32,000 nucleotides of DNA, taken from Coprobacillaceae bacterium. GTDB lineage: Bacteria; Bacillota_I; Bacilli_A; Erysipelotrichales; Coprobacillaceae. The number at the start of each line of letters is the position of its first letter. The first letter of the stretch is position 1. Of the stretch, positions 27,833-32,000 are shown one piece after another. Both the position numbers and the translations under genes were made by a program. The DNA lies in contig OY780959.1 of the NCBI GenBank assembly GCA_963675915.1, positions 1,320,001 to 1,352,000 of the forward strand, in the 5' to 3' direction. A model generated the notes under the pieces. It was given only the letters and a program-made list of their open reading frames with translations, did not search any database and was not told the origin of the DNA.

Positions 27833-29203
27833 CTATTCCATCGTCAAGTTACTACATGAATCATCATTTATGTGAGTATCCTCGCGATCCAATTGGCCAA
27901 CAACCTGACTTAAAACATAGCGGCCACCGTTGACGTAAATCTCAAAAACATGAAAATCATAATAGATTTCCAATTTATAGTTGCCACCTAGTTCTGGAGT
28001 TGCATTTTGATCGTTTAATTTTTCGTTGTTAATTGAAACTCGCTTACGATTGGTATAAAGACGGTCGTTTTTGATGGTCAACTCAAATCCACCTAAAACA
28101 ATCGTATCTCCTTCGCCAAGCTCCGTTTTCAACAAGAACGGTCTTTCAAAATCAATAGTGGAAGCCTCAATTTTAAATAGATTTGCAACATTTGGATGGA
28201 CCTGTTGATAAAGAGAGCCGTCTTTATGGCTTAACACTCGCGGAAAACTCATCATGCCAATCCAATTTTCTTGGTCAATTGATTCATTCATCCGGAGCCA
28301 TCCAATAATCACTCTTTCCCCATTTTCATCAGTAAAGGTTTGAGGCGCATAGAAGTCCAGGCCATAATCAAGGTATGAATATTCCGCGTCAAGACTTAGC
28401 GTACAAGTTGCTTCCTCAAAATCCACCGGCATGATTAGTGAGTTATCTGTTGGGCATGGCGCCTGATCGATATTCTGTGGCGACAAGACGAGATAGTACT
28501 GCCCCTTTAATTCAAATAGATCAGGACACTCCCACATAGTCCCGAGATTCAAATCACCAAAGCTGTTTTTATAAGTGAAATGGACTCCATCCTCACTTTC
28601 AAAAAACAGTACTTTTCCATCGGATCCCTTTTCACCGTTCGACTTGCTGCCTAGAATCATATAGACATGGCCGTTTTTCCCCAGCCAGACTTTGGGATCA
28701 CGGGTATCCTGGCTGTCTCCAATATTTTCGTCACTAAGAACATCAATAATCAAATGTTTTTCATGTTGATTATCAAAGGTCAAACCATCATCACTGATAA
28801 TAAGCGCCTGAGATGCCATTGTTTTAGTACCAGCCTTGGGCAAATGAATATTTTTTGGATCTTCTTGAGAATATCTGATGGCAGTGAAGTATAAATAGAG
28901 CTTATCGTTAAATGAGATTGCCGAACCCGAAAAACATCCATTGCGGTCATATGCTTTGGAAGGATACAACGCAATCGGCAAGTGCTCGAAGTTTACCAAA
29001 TCCTTGGAAATTGCATGGCCCCAGTGCATTGTGCCCCAATGACAGGCATAGGGAAAATGTTGATAAAAGATGTGATAATTGCCCTGATAATAGATTAAAC
29101 CATTTGGATCATTCATCCAATTTAGTGGTGCAGTCAAATGTAGTCTTGCTCTCATATAATCACCCTCGCTTTTTACCCACATTTTACTCCTATTCGTAGC
29201 CAT
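27833..29203 (-). CDS. Glycoside hydrolase family 32 (sucrose-6-phosphate hydrolase / beta-fructofuranosidase)
   Basis: Motifs WMNDPNG, TRDPKVW and MWECPDLF. The start is uncertain: ATG 29203, ATG 29182 (after AGGAG) or ATG 29155 (MRARLHLTAPLNWMNDPNG, after GAGGGTGA). Confidence 0.9.
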   Translation of the reverse strand: MATNRSKMWVKSEGDYMRARLHLTAPLNWMNDPNGLIYYQGNYHIFYQHFPYACHWGTMHWGHAISKDLVNFEHLPIALYPSKAYDRNGCFSGSAISFNDKLYLYFTAIRYSQEDPKNIHLPKAGTKTMASQALIISDDGLTFDNQHEKHLIIDVLSDENIGDSQDTRDPKVWLGKNGHVYMILGSKSNGEKGSDGKVLFFESEDGVHFTYKNSFGDLNLGTMWECPDLFELKGQYYLVLSPQNIDQAPCPTDNSLIMPVDFEEATCTLSLDAEYSYLDYGLDFYAPQTFTDENGERVIIGWLRMNESIDQENWIGMMSFPRVLSHKDGSLYQQVHPNVANLFKIEASTIDFERPFLLKTELGEGDTIVLGGFELTIKNDRLYTNRKRVSINNEKLNDQNATPELGGNYKLEIYYDFHVFEIYVNGGRYVLSQVVGQLDREDTHINDDSCSNLTME

Positions 29204-29237
29204 AAGTAAAGAAAAATCAGCTTATGTGTTAAATAGA

Positions 29238-29367
29238 TATCCGCACAAATTGACCGCGAAGGAAATCTTATAAATCTAAAGAGTAATCCCAAGGCGGGAA
29301 TAAACTGTCCTCGGATTCCTTTTTGCTTACCCTTTATCATTCTACCTCTGCTCTATTTGACGCAGTA
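29238..29367 (+). mobile_element. Solo, diverged IS66-family end (3' tip of a tnpC gene plus terminal repeat), truncated on its left
   Basis: 29241-29367 aligns by eye, at roughly three-quarters identity, to the reverse complement of 24459-24590. This includes ...aatcccaag.cgg.aa.aaactgtcc..ggattcctttttgc... and the terminal CTCTATTTGACGCA core. Confidence 0.7.
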
Positions 29368-29416
29368 AAAAAGAGTATTCTCAATTAGCTAATTGGAAAA
29401 TTTTGAATCTAAACAC

Positions 29417-29457
29417 AAAACTCAAAGTTTCCCCCATTAGGTTCATCTTTGAGTTTT
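29417..29457. terminator. Putative terminator hairpin downstream of the PLD-helicase gene
   Basis: AAAACTCAAAG-(19-nt loop)-CTTTGAGTTTT: 11-bp stem with T-rich tails on both strands. Confidence 0.5.
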
Positions 29458-29469
29458 TATATCATTCCT

Positions 29470-31962
29470 CTATAATATTGATTCCTTATATCTACGTCGA
29501 TAATAATCTGTAATTCGATAGTTAATAATGTCATTCATATGTAAAATAAATTCTTCTAAATTTATATATTCAGCCAAATCATCATTGAGTGCTAATTCTG
29601 CAGGTGGCTTTTCAACAAAATAACCTTTCCCTGATTTAAGTAGAAATTTTACCGGCATTTGCCTTGCTTTAGCCACATAATCTTTTTTGGTCCAATTTTT
29701 ATAGTTACTGGTGCTTTTGTCTTTTGCCAAGTCTTTGCCGTTAATTCCATCATGATAAAAATCAAAGAAACTACGATAGATATCATCTTCGTCAATTTCC
29801 ATCTTGATAACCCCATTATTATAAAAAGCTTTCAAAAGTGGCATTTTATAAGATTTTGACATAGTTGTTGTCTCAATCACATTTAGAAACTCATCTGCTT
29901 TAGTGTCTATCATTGATTTTTCATTAGCATTCAGCTGATTAAGTCTATCCAAATATTTAAAATATTGTCGAAATGGATTCTCTTTCGAATTTTTCAGGCA
30001 AAGATCATAAACATCATCATCCATCAAAGTAAATAATTCCATTCTCGTTGGAACCTTTCCTTCTAATTCATCTTTAACCCGGAAATATTCTTCATCAATT
30101 AGATCCCTGACAACCCGTTTCCTTTTCGCCATAGATTCGAACATATCGATTAATCGCATATCAAAGTCAACTATGCAACCTACCGGAAACTCAAATGATT
30201 GATAATCTCTTTTAATTAATATGTTTTTAGAATAAGATCTTCCACTTAGTAAAAAGGGCGCCTTTCCTGAATTTTCGTAATTTCCGATGAAATCTAATAC
30301 ATTCAAGTATTTTTTATTTTCAAACAATCGGAGTCCCCTACCCAATTGCTGCATATATACAACCGGAGATTCTGTCGGTCTTAAGAACATAACCATATCA
30401 ACGCCAGGCACGTCAACTCCTTCATTGAACATATCAACAGAGAAAACCACTTTAAGTTCTCCTGTTCTTAATAAAGATATTGCCTGGCTACGCTCTATTG
30501 AGTTCTCACCACCGGAACCACTGTAAACCGCTGCCGCTGGCACATTTCTCTTGTTAAACTCTTTAGCCATTCTTTCAGCATGAACCCTACTGCTACAAAA
30601 TCCCAAGGCGCATTTCGAATTGTATTTAGAATAATACTTGTATATCAGATCATAACGATTCTTTACAAGAAGTTTTTGATTAAGCTCTTTACCATTATAT
30701 TTACCATTTGTTCGACTTATCTTAGAGTAATCTACAGTCTCATCGTAAATACCATAATAGTGAAATGGAACCAACATTCCTTTGTTGATCGCATCTACCA
30801 AACTTATTTGATATGGAACTATATAGTCACAAAGCTTGTAGATATCCCTACCATCCATTCGATCTGGAGTCGCCGTAAGACCTAACATAAAACTAGGCTT
30901 AAAATAATTCATGATTCTTACATACCCATCATTAATAGCATGATGGAATTCATCGATCACGATATAATCAAAATCATCTGGTTCAAAATAATTTTGGTTT
31001 AAATAATCACTTTTACCCAAACTTGCTACTGAGGCAAAAACAAGATCTGCTTTGGTATCTTTGTAGTCGGAATTGAAAAATCCCACATTAGAAGTCTTCC
31101 TAACCTTCATAAAACTATCGGCAGCTTGCTTAAGAATTTCTTCCCTGTGAGCCACAAATAGGACCCTTTTATATCTTATCGAGTCAAATGCCGCCAAATA
31201 AGTTTTACCGATTCCAGTGGCAGCGAAAACAAGACCTTTGTTTGCACCCTCTTCACGGATTTTATTTAATGAATACAAAGCTTCAATCTGAGCCCCGCGA
31301 GGAAATATAACCTCATGATTATTTTCATCCCTAACCAAATCATATTTTTGAAGTTGTCCGATTGCAGTCGGCTTTTTCCATTCTTTTGAATATTTATTCA
31401 ATTCTTCATCATCCATAATGATAGAATGGGACCTAAAAAGGTCTTCAAAAGTAATAAAAAACTGCTCATAATCTTTTGGATTCATCTGATTATCAAAACG
31501 ATAATTCCACTCAACCCCAGAAGTCAAAGCGCTCCTGGATATATTTGATGAACCAACATAAATCTCATCTTTATTTTCATAATGGAAAATGTAAGCTTTT
31601 GGATGAAATGACCTCTTTTCTTGATCAAACATTCTTAAATCAAGGGAATCTCCAAGCTCGCTTTTAAGCAAATACAAAGCACTTGGCTGCGTGATACCTA
31701 GATAGTTACCAGTAAGCAATCTAACCTTTACACCTCTATTAACAGCAGCATTCAAATCATCAATCAACATCCTAACCCCAGATTCCATAACAAAAGAAAC
31801 AATGATGTCAATATTGATAGCCTGATTAATACTATTTTTCAAGTAATTGTGTAATTGCTTGGTTGAATCATTGAAGCCGGTAATAACATTTGATATTTCA
31901 TCTTGAATATCAATAGTCTCTTTGCAACCAATTACTTCTTCCTTAAGATCATATTTATCCAT
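29470..31962 (-). CDS. PLD-family nuclease / SF2 (DEAD-DEAH, ResIII-like) helicase / DUF3427-type C-terminal domain fusion protein
   Basis: 830-aa ORF. Single HKD motif (SFHPKAYIF...VGSSNIS) at the N-terminus. Helicase motifs ATGIGKT, DEFHH, TATP and QQLGRGLR. Long C-terminal region resembling DUF3427. GGAGGGG RBS 9 nt upstream. Confidence 0.85.
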   Translation of the reverse strand: MDKYDLKEEVIGCKETIDIQDEISNVITGFNDSTKQLHNYLKNSINQAINIDIIVSFVMESGVRMLIDDLNAAVNRGVKVRLLTGNYLGITQPSALYLLKSELGDSLDLRMFDQEKRSFHPKAYIFHYENKDEIYVGSSNISRSALTSGVEWNYRFDNQMNPKDYEQFFITFEDLFRSHSIIMDDEELNKYSKEWKKPTAIGQLQKYDLVRDENNHEVIFPRGAQIEALYSLNKIREEGANKGLVFAATGIGKTYLAAFDSIRYKRVLFVAHREEILKQAADSFMKVRKTSNVGFFNSDYKDTKADLVFASVASLGKSDYLNQNYFEPDDFDYIVIDEFHHAINDGYVRIMNYFKPSFMLGLTATPDRMDGRDIYKLCDYIVPYQISLVDAINKGMLVPFHYYGIYDETVDYSKISRTNGKYNGKELNQKLLVKNRYDLIYKYYSKYNSKCALGFCSSRVHAERMAKEFNKRNVPAAAVYSGSGGENSIERSQAISLLRTGELKVVFSVDMFNEGVDVPGVDMVMFLRPTESPVVYMQQLGRGLRLFENKKYLNVLDFIGNYENSGKAPFLLSGRSYSKNILIKRDYQSFEFPVGCIVDFDMRLIDMFESMAKRKRVVRDLIDEEYFRVKDELEGKVPTRMELFTLMDDDVYDLCLKNSKENPFRQYFKYLDRLNQLNANEKSMIDTKADEFLNVIETTTMSKSYKMPLLKAFYNNGVIKMEIDEDDIYRSFFDFYHDGINGKDLAKDKSTSNYKNWTKKDYVAKARQMPVKFLLKSGKGYFVEKPPAELALNDDLAEYINLEEFILHMNDIINYRITDYYRRRYKESIL

Positions 31963-32000
31963 TTCTCATCGCCCCTCCCGACTCTGACATCGTCCGAGAT

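Overview
Low-GC, Bacillota-like chromosomal segment (GGAGG-type Shine-Dalgarno sites, lipobox lipoproteins, hairpin plus T-run terminators), transcribed almost entirely on the minus strand. From left to right it contains:
- the start of a two-gene radical-SAM operon (1-1148), a small lipoprotein, a GH1 6-phospho-beta-glucosidase and methylglyoxal synthase;
- four co-oriented conserved-unknown genes (DUF6933/pRiA4b-ORF3-like, a small helical protein, UPF0158-like, SWIM zinc finger);
- a decayed block: a ~335-bp relic copy of the 3' end of the downstream reductase gene, a frameshifted LUD-domain gene, a frameshifted GNAT gene and one intact GNAT;
- an OYE/4Fe-4S/FAD enoate-reductase-family flavoenzyme and a PucR-type regulator;
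- a long peptide-utilisation operon: family-5 binding protein, OppBCDF-like ABC transporter, two M20 amidohydrolases and a cytosolic CapA/PGA_cap-family protein. The binding-protein gene is split after codon 43 by a complete 2,735-bp IS66-family element with perfect 23-bp terminal inverted repeats and an 8-bp target duplication;
- an orphan GH32 hydrolase whose 5' side abuts a solo, diverged IS66-family end;
- a PLD-nuclease/SF2-helicase/DUF3427-type fusion gene reaching the window edge.
No rRNA, tRNA or CRISPR array was seen. Nothing can be shown to be a new system from sequence alone. The best candidates are the four-gene unknown block (4571-8568), the PucR-linked transporter/M20/CapA-like/reductase locus (11087-27403) and the PLD-helicase gene (29470-31962). 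All family assignments rest on motifs read by eye from the translations; no database search was run.
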